Below are positions 48,416 to 64,000 of a DNA stretch of 64,000 bases, in pieces (the stretch's first letter is position 1; each line of letters opens with the position of its first letter). Made by a program: the position numbers and the translations under genes. Location: assembly GCA_010909165.1 (NCBI GenBank), contig MU008171.1:310001-374000 (forward strand), written 5' to 3'. This DNA comes from Anthoceros angustus (Eukaryota; Plantae; Anthocerotophyta). The notes under the pieces are model-generated. The model made no database searches. It saw only the letters and a program-made list of their open reading frames with translations, and was not told the DNA's origin.

Positions 48416-49731
48416 CAATCTCAGCATTGAAAAGCCGTATCCCCCATGCCCCATAGCGTCGAAGAGTACCAACGTAAAGCTTAGTTGGGGAGGATTCAAC
48501 CTAAATCCACGGTTGACCCTAACTGTCCTCAGTGGCATCTAAACAATCCCCACATTCTAAGCTTCAAAACTGGAAGTTCCTATCTCTCAACTCGAAATTC
48601 CTGCGCGAATAACTGTTTGACCACTTCCCTCTGGTGGCAACACCCACCTCACAGGGTAAATTTAGGCTAACATGTTTATTTTTGAAAAATTTCATGTCAG
48701 TATCTAATAAATATTATCTTCGTTAAATGTTAGCCTTAGGAGCATTCCTAAGCGTTTATCGAGAGTAGACTGTACTTGGTAGATATGTAGGCAATTCGGA
48801 TTGGGCGCTTGGTTGCACCGGACTTGATGGCTCCAATGGGTACACATAGGCAACTTGCAATGGGCTTGGTAGCTATGGTGGGTACCTTTGTAGGCAACTT
48901 GCAATGGAGTTGGTAGCTATGTAGAAGGCCGGACTTGGTAGCTCCATATGTAGAAGACCAGACTCGGTACCCACCATGGCAAAATGAAGGATGCAACTTG
49001 GCAGGCGTTTGGTAGGTTGTCTAGGCTACTAGCTAAAGGTGTTTTGTCTACATGTGTCCTTAGACTACTCAGATTCCCACCCGAACAATGACAAGCTGAT
49101 AATATTTGAGAGCTGAATATTCCGCAAGGATTCAATATCTTGACAAGGACAAGGACAAGGCCAAGGCCAGGGCCAAGGCCAAGAAGAAGAGGGTAAGGAG
49201 AGAGGAAGGCAGGGCAGTGTGCGGCTAGGCAGCCGCAAACAAGTAGGTAAGATATTAGAGGCAAGGGATGGAAAGGAGCGTTGGACAAAAAAAGAGTTGG
49301 TGCGATCCATGGGATGGTCCATGGATGAGATACAAGACGTCACGGCACGTGAAGCGAGAGCGCATGCACGGCCACGGCTACGGCGGCACGTCCCGAGGCC
49401 CAGGCCGGGAGGATCGGGAGGGTCAGGAGGGTCGGGAGGCGGGCCGGCGCAGGGTGGGGGGGCCTGCCGCGCTGGACTAGTAGGGCGGCCGGCGTGCTGG
49501 GCCGGCACGATGCTCCTTTTAATGGCAACGCCTAACGGTACAGGTTGGGCACGTGCCGGCTGTACCCTCCGCGCCCTGCAGCGGATGATGATGCTCATGA
49601 TGGATTGAGATGCCGCCATCCACATGGTGCGGATACCCTACGGCATTCAATGCTGGCGGGGGCGGCCGTCAGCTGATCTGAGCGCACGATCCCCACGCCA
49701 CCAGGGAAACCCAGGCCCGACCCAGCCTTCT

Positions 49732-49968
49732 CCGTCCTTGGGCCACCTTGCTTCGCACGATGTCCGGCCTCCTGGCGACGGGGACTTGAACGGTTGCACC
49801 ACACACACACACACACACACACATCCACACACACACATCACACAGCTCTAGCCTAGCACAGCCGTCCTTGGGCCACCTTGCTTCGCACGATGTCTGGCCT
49901 TCCGGCGACGGGGACTTGAACGGTTGCACCATACACACACACAACACACAAGTCTAGCCTAGCACAGC
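49732..49968. repeat. Tandem duplication (~130 and ~107 bp) differing mainly in a (CA)n tract; followed by (agcac)n repeats
   Basis: ccgtccttgggccaccttgcttcgcacgatgtc.ggcct.c.ggcgacggggacttgaacggttgcacca at 49732 and 49862. Confidence 0.92.
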
Positions 49969-51217
49969 AAAGCACAGCGCAGCAAAGCAAAGCACAGCAC
50001 AGCACAGCACAGCACAGCACAGCACACGGAGATGCCACAGCCCACCCCAGACAAGCCCAGCCCAGCCCCACAGCACGCACTCTACAGCCTACAGCACGCC
50101 ACACTGCACAACACAAAACAGGATCCCCACAGTCACTGCCCACTGCCAGCGCCAGCGCCCATATCCATTGCCATCTCTCTCTGTCAACCAATCCAACAAG
50201 TCCTCTTGTCCACCAGTCTCCTGTTATATAATGCCGCTCATTGCCTGGCCTCCTGCTCATTGCCTGGCCTCCTGCCCCTGCCCCTGTCCCTGCTCCTGCC
50301 CCCTGCTGCTGATGTCGCCTGCTCCTGCACCCCTTCCTCCTTCACCACAACCAGCAGCATCTCATTTTCTAAAACTAGCGTAGGTAATAACACAAGTTAC
50401 GTACGTATGTACTTTTCCCTTCTGACAGGCTCTGCCTCTCTCGCCTCGCCTCGCCTCGCCTCCTTGCTGCCGGAAGGGAAAGCATGTTACCAGTCATAAC
50501 TACATCATATGCACTCCCTGTTCTGCTCTGCCCTGCTCTGCTCTGCTCTGCTCTGCTCCAGCTTCCACCCTGCGCTGCTCTGCTGCACCACTCATCATCC
50601 AGGCATTTCACATACACTACAATTGGCAGGGGAAACGACATTTGATTTTTATCTTCTCCAGCCTATCCAGCAGGACTTGCGTCTATCGTTACACCACCGT
50701 GACACGCTCAATCATCTTTGTCCACGTCTTCACCACCCGTTCCCCGTCTGCCAGGCCAGGGCACCCTCACCTGCTGGGCCACACAGCAGCCTAGATACAG
50801 TGCATATATATGTAGCGGACCCTCTGACTGCACCTTTTTGCGCCAAATTCACTTGGTGGTGTATGTGTGCTTTCTGTACTGCGAGTGTGCGGCAGCAAGC
50901 ATGGCCGCTCCAATCCCTGGTCCATCTCGTGACAACAGTACCACACGGTTAAAGCCACGTGCATTACGTACATCTCAAATCCCCATAGATATTACATAAA
51001 CAAGTTTTTTCATTTAATGCCAAGTGGAGCCCCAGCAAAAGAGACGGAAGGTCCGGAAAGGAGACAGCAAAAAGAAGCAGGCACCCAGGAGCCCGGGATA
51101 CGCACTACAAACAGCAGACTAGTTACAGTTCGGAGTCCCCTCTCGCAAGTTTACTGCTCATCTATTTTACAGGCCCCGGAAGCAGTTACGGAGTTATCTA
51201 CAATCAAACATGTTTTC

Positions 51218-55480
<4,263 letters not shown>

Positions 55481-56241
55481 GCTGTGCGAAGCCCCGGGCC
55501 CGGGCCCGGAGGGGATGGCAGGGTGAACTTCAGCCCGGATTGGTCGGCAGCAGAGCGGGGTGGCTCAGCGGAGCCTCATGGCGAGCCTGCTGCTCTTCTC
55601 CCTGGATCTGCCTCCCCTCCGCTGTTGAGTAGAAAAAATCGGTTGCTCCTTCTCCTGCTGCGATGCCAGATCTCCCACTGCTTGCTGCAAATCCGTCTGC
55701 GTACGCGCGGGCGCCGTGTTGATCCTGGCGCATCCACGCGTAGGTTGGAGAGTGAAGCGAGTGCGGGCTTCGCGCGGAGCAGAGGCAGAAAAAGCATTAG
55801 ACGAGCGTCCGGGTGATTATAAAGGATGAGATGATGAAGCAGAACGAAGAGAGAAGCAGACCCAAAAAAGAATCGGATTAAAACGACCGTCGGACGTGGC
55901 CGATGCGGTTCGTACCTCTTTTACAGCTTACAAAGCATGGGACACGAACTTGCGTCTTAAAACACGAGCTTTCACGTCCCAATCATATAGCCACCCCCGA
56001 ACAGGGTTCAACTTCCCTTTTGTTCTCATCTCATGACTCAATCAGACGGAGATGGATACTTATGTACTTTAAAGTGGCTCTGCTCGCAGGCTCTTGGTTG
56101 GAGAAATGAATATGGTCGCAGGCACCTGCGCAGGAAGAGAGAGGAGAGAGAAAGAGGGAGGCGGCAGAGCATGGAATCCAGGACGGCTATGGCGGCAATG
56201 GCGGTAGGAAAAAGAAGGCGGGATGGAGATGGTTCGAGAGT

Positions 56242-56947
56242 CTAGGGAGCGGGAGGCGAGCACCAGAAGGCGAGGTGCTCGTCTCTGCGCAGATTGCTAA
56301 CCAGCCCGCCGCACTGAATGCACACAAAGCTGCTGCCGTCCGCGGAAGCATCGCGGACCACCTGGAGTCTGCCGCTCTCTGCCAAAATGGGATGCTCGGA
56401 AGGAGGCACAGGCACAGGCTGAGGATGAGCTTGAGCCTGAGGTGCCAGATCCATGGCCACGTCGAGCTGTGGCGGATGCGAGCTAGCGGAATCCGCCAAG
56501 GCACACTCCGCGAACAGTGCGGTGAGCTCGTCCGTTGCGGCGTTGGCGCGCATGCCGCTGAGGTAGAGCTCCCGGGCGCGGGCCAGGGCCTGCATCACTG
56601 CCTCCTCGCCGCCTCTTGCTCGCAGAGCCGTCACAACCTGCACCAGAGCCATCCCCCCGCGCACACCGTCAGCCACGGAGATTTGCTTTGTGTGCTGCAT
56701 TTGTGCTGCGTTCCTGAAGAAGAAGAAGAATTGGTGCCTGCCGCAGCCGGAGCAGAAGCAGAAGCAGGATGCTGCTCCTTGGCCTGACCTAGCGAGCTGC
56801 GTGTGCCACAGTTGGTGCGGGATGTGCAAGACAACGTACGGCTTTGAGAGCAAGCGACGGATTGCCTTCGTTAATCCGCTGTCGAGCCACGGCTAGCAGA
56901 GCCGCGATGCCTTCGGAGCTCACTGCATCTTCTCCCGGTTCCGCCAT
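56242..56947 (-). CDS. Conserved plant protein with C-terminal C2HC zinc finger, two exons (56947-56840, 56637-56242)
   Basis: LLAVARQRINEGNPSLALKA|VVTALRARGGEEAV...SILAE-like PILAESGRLQVVRDASADGSSFVCIQCGGLVSNLRRDEHLAFWC (C-x2-C...H-x4-C). Confidence 0.85.
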
Positions 56948-58712
56948 TCGGCCGCCTGCCGAACTGCCGTCCGTTGCGAAAAGGCTCCGAATTGTGTTCA
57001 GGATCCGACTCGTAGGAATCCTCCTTGCCTGGCAAGCATCATCATGCATGTAAGGCCATCAGAGACCGCTAACCAGTGCCTGCGACACACTCCTGGAGGT
57101 GAGAATGGTCTGTTGCGTCTTACACACGACCCTCAACTTGCGCTTGTTGCCACACCCGGGCTCCAACATAGCACGCTCATATCTGTCACCGGTGTCACAG
57201 GTGCAGGAGGGTTGTCGGGGACAGCGTCACATGGCATAAACCTAGCGCAGCATCCATCGTCACTATGTAGTGCAGCACCCCCAATTATTCCACTAGGGTT
57301 TCGCAAATTTGGTGTGCATTTCCGCCAATCCGTCTCTTGCAGGAGCTAATCTACTCCATACCAAGAAGCCAAAGCATGGAAGCTGTGGAGGAAAACGGCA
57401 AATCAACAGCACAGCATGTGACTTGGCTAAGTTCGTGCAAAAGCAGCAAGCCAATTTCGTGAGCTTAATAATGGGTGAGTTTGCTGTCTGAGCAAGCTTT
57501 ACGGTTCGTTTTGAAAACAAACTTGTTTCACAATCGGTTGAAGGATGCATTGCGGGTTCTGCTAATCTCTGCTCTCTGCCAGCACAAATTGTCGGTGACT
57601 GTGACTGGATGGTGCCTCCATGACTAATGTGATAAGCAAAGATTCACCACTGCCTGAGCTTAAATGGCAAGGTCGCAAACAATGTGAGCACGAAGGACGT
57701 TTGATCTATCAGCTGATGGCTGCTGTTCCTGCGATTTGAGCTAGGGTGTGGTTAGGGCACCAATGAACTGTATATGTCAACATGAAAGGTGTCAATTACC
57801 CTGGAAAGCTACCTCAGGTCCTCAGGATGAGCGGGGCAAGAATCAGGCCATGTCATGTGGGAGGGGCTATGTTGCAGACAGCTTTGCTGGTGCTCTATAA
57901 CTACAGGTGTTCGTTTACACAGTTGCAGTAGGGCCATCTGCCTCTGTACAGGTATATTAAAGTTTATTCTGAGAGTGACCGGATTCTGGAGCTCTTGACG
58001 AAACCGTCCCTCGTGTCACCTTTCTTGCCAGACCTGTTTCTTGGAGGAAAGATATCCTGCAGCTGGTAGATATCACAATGACGCAGGCTCTTCGAAAGGT
58101 TCCCTTTCTTCTGCTTTTCGACCATCTGCTCAGGGTTCTATAGTCCCTGACCATCATATGCTCGTTCCTCAGTCGGGTGGAAAACGACAGACATGCACTA
58201 CGACATCAGGCAGCAAAGACTATGAGCTCAGGCCTGCACAGAGGAGATTCTCTCATAACTGTTCTTGAATGATATCTTCGCAAGCTGTTCTTGACTGCAG
58301 GCAGCAGCACAGTGGAGCGAACGTAACGTGGAGGGCAGCAGGTATGTTGAGTGTCGCATGGCGGTGTAGATTTGCGTATGCTAACGCCGCGCAAGCATAG
58401 ATGCAAAATACGAAGTTGAGACGGGTGAACTGAAATACGGCAGCACACGCTTCAAGTGTGGGAGGCCACAGGTGAAACAACTCAACATCCCATCTTCTAT
58501 ACCGTGTCCCCATTTTGATGTAATTAACAGATGTTTTCCTTCAAGCGAAATTGTTTGTGATTTGAGTTACCATTAGGCTGATAGTGACAAATCACTGTGG
58601 TGAGTTGGTGAGTTCCGAGCAGGCCGGTGATGGCCCAGCGTCGTGTCATGCAAACTCATTATAGATTTTGCTCATAGCCCCTGTTGCCTCCTTGAGGCTC
58701 AAAGGGCTCGCC

Positions 58713-61199
58713 ATGGCTGCCATGGCGGGCGTTGCAATTGAATTACGGCAAGGGCAGCAGGACACATTGTGGGGACAGCTGTCCTGGGCTCAGAAAAGTG
58801 GTGGGTTTGCGGGTATTCCAGGAAGAACTCCCGCTCGCCTGAGTTCAATGAACCAACAGTTGGCAAACAACGAAGCCGCGAGGTGCAGCAGCTTTCGGCA
58901 TGGGCTGTCTCAAGAGATTCTGCACAAGCCGTTTCGGGTGGATGCGCAGCTTGCTGCTCCGTGGACGGGGATGGGTCGTCGGGCCTCCAAATCCAATTCC
59001 AGCTTGCTGGATGATCCTGACCTCAGCAGGACTGCAGGATACCAAAGGGCCGTCACCGCTGAAACCGTGATCAAGCTGTGTGATCAGGGCCATCTCAGTG
59101 AGGCTGTGGAGGCTTTGGGAGTTCTTGTCCAGATAGACTGCGGTATCGCCAAATCTCTCTTCTATACACTTCTCAAGAAATGTGCAGTCAAGAAGGATCT
59201 TGTTCTGGGTCGCCGCGTTCATGCATTCACGGTGTCAAAGGGGTATCAGTCAGACACGTTCCTGGGCAACCACATCCTGAGAATGTATGCTTCTCATGGG
59301 AGGTTGGAAGAGGCGATGGATGCGTTCACCATGGTCCCGAAACCAGATAATTTCATGTGGTCTTCCATAATGTCTGCATATGTTCAACACGGACTAGACA
59401 AGGAGGCCATAGAACTTTATCATCGGATGCGCAGGTTAGGCTTGAAGCCAGATGGCCATGTGTTCGTGGCAGCCCTTCAGGCTTGCGCAAGGGGAGCAGA
59501 CCTGAAAACTGGGCAAGAACTGCATGCTGATGTGGTGGCTAGTGGGGTGGAGCCTGATTTGTTTGTCTGTAATTGCTTGGTGGACATGTATGCAAAGTGT
59601 GGCAGCTTGGAAGACGCTCAACGAGTGTTTGACGGACTGAGCAAAAAAGATGTGGTTACGTGGACTGCTATGATAGCAGGACATTCCCAGCAGGGCATGG
59701 GCCAGGAAGCCCTTAGTCTCTACAGTGCAATGCAAGATGAAGGCATTGCCGTACCCAATGCCGTGACATTTGTGTGCCTCCTCCAGGCCTGTGCGAGTGT
59801 GGGCACCCCAGCTTTGGAACAGGGGAAGCAGCTTCATGTGCAGATCAGAAAATGTGGACATCAAGGTGATGCGTTTGTAGCCAGCGGTCTGGTGAATATG
59901 TATGCAAAGTGCGGCAGCCTAGAGGATGCTGAGAGTGTGTTTGAGGGCCTCGTTCAGAAAAACGTGGTGACATGGACTGCTATGATAGCAGGGTATTCCC
60001 AGCAGGGCATGGGTCAGGAAGCCCTTCGTCTTCACAGTGCTATGCAACAAGATGGCATGGCTGTACCTGACTCAGTTACATTCGTGTGTCTTCTTCAGGC
60101 TTGTGCAAATGTGGGCCCCACTGCCTTGGAGAGGGGGAAGCAGCTTCATGCACAACTCAGAGAGCAGGGGCATCAGGCTGACGTGTTTGTAGCCAGCAGT
60201 TTGGTAAATATGTATGCAAAGTGTGGCAGCTTAGAGGATGCTCACAGAGTGTTTGATGGACTTGGGCAAAAAGATGTGGGGACATGGAATGCAATGATAG
60301 CAGGATACTCCCAGCAGGGCATGGACCAGGAAGCCCTTGGTCTTTACACCGTTATGCAAGAAGATGGTATGGCTGTACCCAATGTTGTCACGTTTGTGTG
60401 CCTCCTCCAAGCATGTGCAAATGTGGCAGCGTTGCATGTGGGAAGGCAGTTACATTCACAGATTGAGGAACAAGGGCTTCTTTCTGATGTGTGTGTGGCC
60501 CGTAGTTTGATAAACATGTATGGCAAGTGCGGGAGTATGGTTGATGCACAGCAGGTGTTTGACGTCATGCCCGATAGAGATGTTGTTGCGTGGAGTTCAC
60601 TGATTGCAGGTTATACTTGTCAGGGGAACAGTGATGTGGTCTTCGTCTTGGTCCAGAGGATGAGAGAGGATGGCATACAGCCCGACGCCATCACATTCCT
60701 ACATTTACTCACGGTGTGCAATCATGCGGGTTTGGTAGACAAGGGGAGAGAGTACTTTGAGTCTATGAGCAGGCAGTATCGCATTATTCCCACAGTGGAG
60801 CATTACACATGCATGGTGGATCTCTTGGGCCGAGCAGGCGAACTGGATGAGGCACTATCTTTGGTAAGGGCAATGCCTGTACTGCCTAATGCTGTAGTTT
60901 GGCACAACCTGTTGGGTGCTTGTCGAAAGTGGAGCAACGTGGAGGTAGGACGACGGGCTTTTGATGAAGCAGTGAAGCTAGATGAAAAAGATGCCGCCGC
61001 TTATGTGTTGATGTCAAACATATACACAGATGCCCAGATGTGGGAGGAGGCACAAGAGATGCAGGCCAGGAGGATGAGAATGGGTGCATGGAAGGAGCCA
61101 GGTCAGAGCTGGTGGATCGACATGGATGGATTGACTCATACTTTCTTGGTGGGAGATCAGAAGCAGCCGAAGTGTCAAAGCAAGGTCGAAACAGGTTAA
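58713..61199 (+). CDS. PLS-class PPR protein with E domain and truncated DYW start (PG box PGQSWW); putative organellar RNA-editing factor
   Basis: Long single ORF (58668-61199, first ATG 58713) with a transit-peptide-like N-terminus, repeated MYAKCGSLEDA..VF / DVVTWTAMIAG / VTFVCLLQACA, HYTCMVDLLGRAG, VWHNLLGAC, AYVLMSNIY, KEPGQSWW....HTFLVGD. Confidence 0.95.
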   Translation: MAAMAGVAIELRQGQQDTLWGQLSWAQKSGGFAGIPGRTPARLSSMNQQLANNEAARCSSFRHGLSQEILHKPFRVDAQLAAPWTGMGRRASKSNSSLLDDPDLSRTAGYQRAVTAETVIKLCDQGHLSEAVEALGVLVQIDCGIAKSLFYTLLKKCAVKKDLVLGRRVHAFTVSKGYQSDTFLGNHILRMYASHGRLEEAMDAFTMVPKPDNFMWSSIMSAYVQHGLDKEAIELYHRMRRLGLKPDGHVFVAALQACARGADLKTGQELHADVVASGVEPDLFVCNCLVDMYAKCGSLEDAQRVFDGLSKKDVVTWTAMIAGHSQQGMGQEALSLYSAMQDEGIAVPNAVTFVCLLQACASVGTPALEQGKQLHVQIRKCGHQGDAFVASGLVNMYAKCGSLEDAESVFEGLVQKNVVTWTAMIAGYSQQGMGQEALRLHSAMQQDGMAVPDSVTFVCLLQACANVGPTALERGKQLHAQLREQGHQADVFVASSLVNMYAKCGSLEDAHRVFDGLGQKDVGTWNAMIAGYSQQGMDQEALGLYTVMQEDGMAVPNVVTFVCLLQACANVAALHVGRQLHSQIEEQGLLSDVCVARSLINMYGKCGSMVDAQQVFDVMPDRDVVAWSSLIAGYTCQGNSDVVFVLVQRMREDGIQPDAITFLHLLTVCNHAGLVDKGREYFESMSRQYRIIPTVEHYTCMVDLLGRAGELDEALSLVRAMPVLPNAVVWHNLLGACRKWSNVEVGRRAFDEAVKLDEKDAAAYVLMSNIYTDAQMWEEAQEMQARRMRMGAWKEPGQSWWIDMDGLTHTFLVGDQKQPKCQSKVETG

Positions 61200-62633
61200 T
61201 ACTGAAATTAAGAAAGAAGAATACTTGTCACGCTCATCACCAGCGGAAACAATCTGAGCATGAAACAGGGAACACTGCGAGGTGCCGGCTATCGCATACT
61301 CTTGTGACATGCTGCGCCCCTACTTAGCATGAAGCTTATTTTGGATGCGTTTCCACACTCCTTGACGGAGGCAAGGTTCAAAAACCTTGTGAAGTAAAAC
61401 ATCAACTCAAATCTATGTGAAGGCAACTTATGGGTGCTTGGTCTTGTGTCACTTACTGCTTGTCATATTTCTTTCCTATTTCCCGCAACCTGGCGTCTGC
61501 CGTGATTGCGGGAAATCTAGAAATGCTAGCTATCCCGCAACGCAGCCACTATTCCATAACACAGCCCCGAGATGGCTTGCGTTTTTCTCCACATACGGAC
61601 ACTGAGAGTTGCGAATTGTAGGGCGCTTTGGCACAGGCTGCAACAGTGGCGGGGAACGGTGAAGGGGACGGGTCCTTGTTATGCCATGGGTCACAGGCAC
61701 AGGGCTCCGAAGAAATGGAGAAATCGGGTCACAGGCACACAGTTCTGAAGACATGGAGAAACTGGCCGATGCGTTTGAGCCGGTAGCCGGGCGGTTTACG
61801 ACAAGTTGTGCACGAAGATCTTGATGCAGTCAGTTTGGATCGGTGAGGTCTAGGGTTTGGCGGTTTGAATTGAAAGATAGTCTCGCGTGCCCATTCATCA
61901 ATCATATAAATTAATAAATAATTACATTCATATTTATGATCGAAATCGTGTAATTTTATACTTCCTTTACAATATAAAATACATAATATGATCTTAATGC
62001 GTGACACTGCTATCTCCATTACACTCTATCACTTTTTGAAATTGGTGTAATTATATTTGTAAAAAAGTATTAAAAACTGTAAAAATAAACCCTTGAGGCC
62101 TAAGTGGGATTGGAAAAGTCATCACCATTTTGGTGAGAAATGATGTGGATTTGCAGCAAGAAATCTGCTTCAAGGTATTGTCAACCCCAAAATGCTCACC
62201 CTACTCAAATCGAGCCTTTCAACCCGCGTTTTTGAACATTGTGCATTTTTTGTTGTATGACACTTATTCGCGTTAAGGTTACCTCTTGTGGGAAATTCTG
62301 CCCTTCATATTTTGAAAACTTATTGAAAACTTTTAACCAACCTATCCAATTGAAACGCGAAACGATGTTTCAAAGAAACACACCAACCCCTCAAGAAAAC
62401 AAACGGGAACATTACTACCTAAATACTCATCCTGTTTGTTTAGGGTTTTGGAAAGGCCTTTTCTTGGATTACCGTACCCAAAAGGGTGATTCGGCGTTAA
62501 TTAATGAAAATTAGTAAAATTGAAAAATCCAGAAATTATTGAACTTAAAATGCACACTGTGTAAAAATTTACAAGTTTAAGATGTCGAAAACAAGGAAAC
62601 TAGAGTTTGTGTGGAAAATTAGGGCCTGTTGAG

Positions 62634-63310
62634 GCGAGCGGGCGGTGAGGGAGCGAGCGGGCGGTGAGGGAGCGAGCGGGCGGTGAGGGAGCGAGCGGGC
62701 GGTGAGGGAGCGAGCGGGCGGTGAGGGACGAGCGGCGGGGGAGGGAGCGGCGGTGGGGAGCGGGCGACGGGCGCGGCGGGCGCGGGCGGCGGGCGGGGCG
62801 AAGCGCGCGGCGCGCGGGCGGTGGCGCGGAGCGGCGGCGCGAACGGGCGCGGCGCGCGGGCGGCGCGGGCGCGGAGCGGGCGGTGGGGAGCGGGCGCGGG
62901 CGGAGGTACCCGAGCGGGCGCGAAAAGGGGCGCGAGGTGCCCGGCGCGGCGCGGTGCGGTGGCGCGGGCGCGGGCGCGGGCGCGGTGCGCGGAGTGCTGG
63001 AGCGGGCGGTGCGGAGCGGGCGGTGCGCGGAGCGGGCAGGCGGAGCGCGGTGCGCTGGAGCGACGGCGGAGCGGCGCGGGCGAGCGGGCGCGGCGCGGTG
63101 CGCTGCAGAGTGGACGCGGCGTGGACCGGACCGGAGGGGTTTTGGGCGCGGCGCAAGAGTAGGCGCAGCGCGGAGTGGTGCGAAAGTGGGCGCTGCGGCG
63201 GTACGGGCGGGCACGGTGCGGTACGCCGGGCGCGATTGTGGTGCGGCGCGGGCGCGGTGCGCGGAGCGGCGGGCGGTGAGGGACGAGCGGCGGTGAGGAG
63301 CGAGCGGCGG
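62634..63310. repeat. 19-bp tandem (gagcgagcgggcggtgagg, ~5 copies, 62634-62727) followed by an extremely GC-rich, G-skewed low-complexity tract
   Basis: Directly visible; abuts an AT-rich block at 61880-62620. Confidence 0.9.
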
Positions 63311-64000
63311 TGGTCGCTGCGCCTTTCCGTGGACGGAGGCGGGCCCGGGTGTTTTACCGCCGGACGAAGGCAAGGACCGCTTCATGAGGTAGGTGTCCGG
63401 AGGTAGGGTGGGCAGTTGGCCGGAGTCGAGCAGACGGCAGGTGTAGCCCCGCTGTTTCCGGCTCCAGAGGCGGGCCCGCCGGGTTCACGCCGCTATTGTG
63501 CCACGGAGTTGCGGCGTGTGTGTCACAACAAGGGAATTTATTTTTTCCCGATTTTGTTCGGGCCTTTCTAGTGTGGATTTCCTACCCCGCCTTTTTGGTT
63601 GCGAGTTGCGGGCGCTAGTTTGGTAGGCTCAGCGGTGGTTCTGGGTTGCGCCCTCCAGGCGAGCTCTTGGCCGGCCTTTTGTTCGCCATACGAGCTCACA
63701 CTCCGTATGTCCCAGAAAGGATGGGTCGTTTGTCCCCGGCCCCAGACTCGGCCCCTGCCGCCCGATCGGGCGCTTATGGTTCTTTAGTACCCTTCCCACC
63801 GGGGCGGTCTACACCTCCGTGATCGCTAAGGACACTCCGTGTCTTGTGTGCTCAACTCTGCTGCGGTGTCAAGGGGTGAAAACCCACATTGGGCACATGC
63901 ATAAAGATTTCACCTGCACTACTTGGGCTGCCCAAGTGCACATTGCGACCTCCTCCAGCCTGCGTGTGCTCCGGCCCAAGATCGCCCCTTCGTGGTGTCT

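Noticed and set aside
62569-63406. Several 110-260-aa Arg/Ala/Pro/Gly-rich ORFs on both strands
   Set aside because: Expected artefact of stop-codon scarcity in a near-pure GC repeat.

Overview
Gene-dense plant nuclear DNA with short introns. A hornwort-like bryophyte is my inference from gene density, ~100-nt introns and the SWW-type PPR; it is not proven. Left to right: (1) a head-to-head pair of very large GEX2-like genes built from many filamin/Ig-like repeats, about one per exon; (2) a PIF-type bHLH gene; (3) an accessory zone with a relic RLE-type (CRE/R2-like) non-LTR retroelement, a disrupted phytocyanin-AGP gene overlapped and flanked by an inverted duplication, a PPR fragment and a decayed Copia-like element; (4) LARP6, a DRIP/BMI1 RING-RAWUL gene and a divergently transcribed SRO/RCD1-like PARP-RST gene; (5) a second Copia-like relic; (6) the stand-out feature, an intronless 865-aa ORF fusing an intact plant S-adenosylmethionine decarboxylase (AdoMetDC) to an intact ornithine decarboxylase (ODC), preceded by the conserved overlapping tiny/small polyamine-responsive uORFs; (7) a membrane-anchored hexokinase, a plant C2HC zinc-finger gene, a PLS-class PPR gene followed by a frameshifted DYW relic, and a GC-rich repeat near the right end. 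Exon boundaries were read by eye and are approximate.
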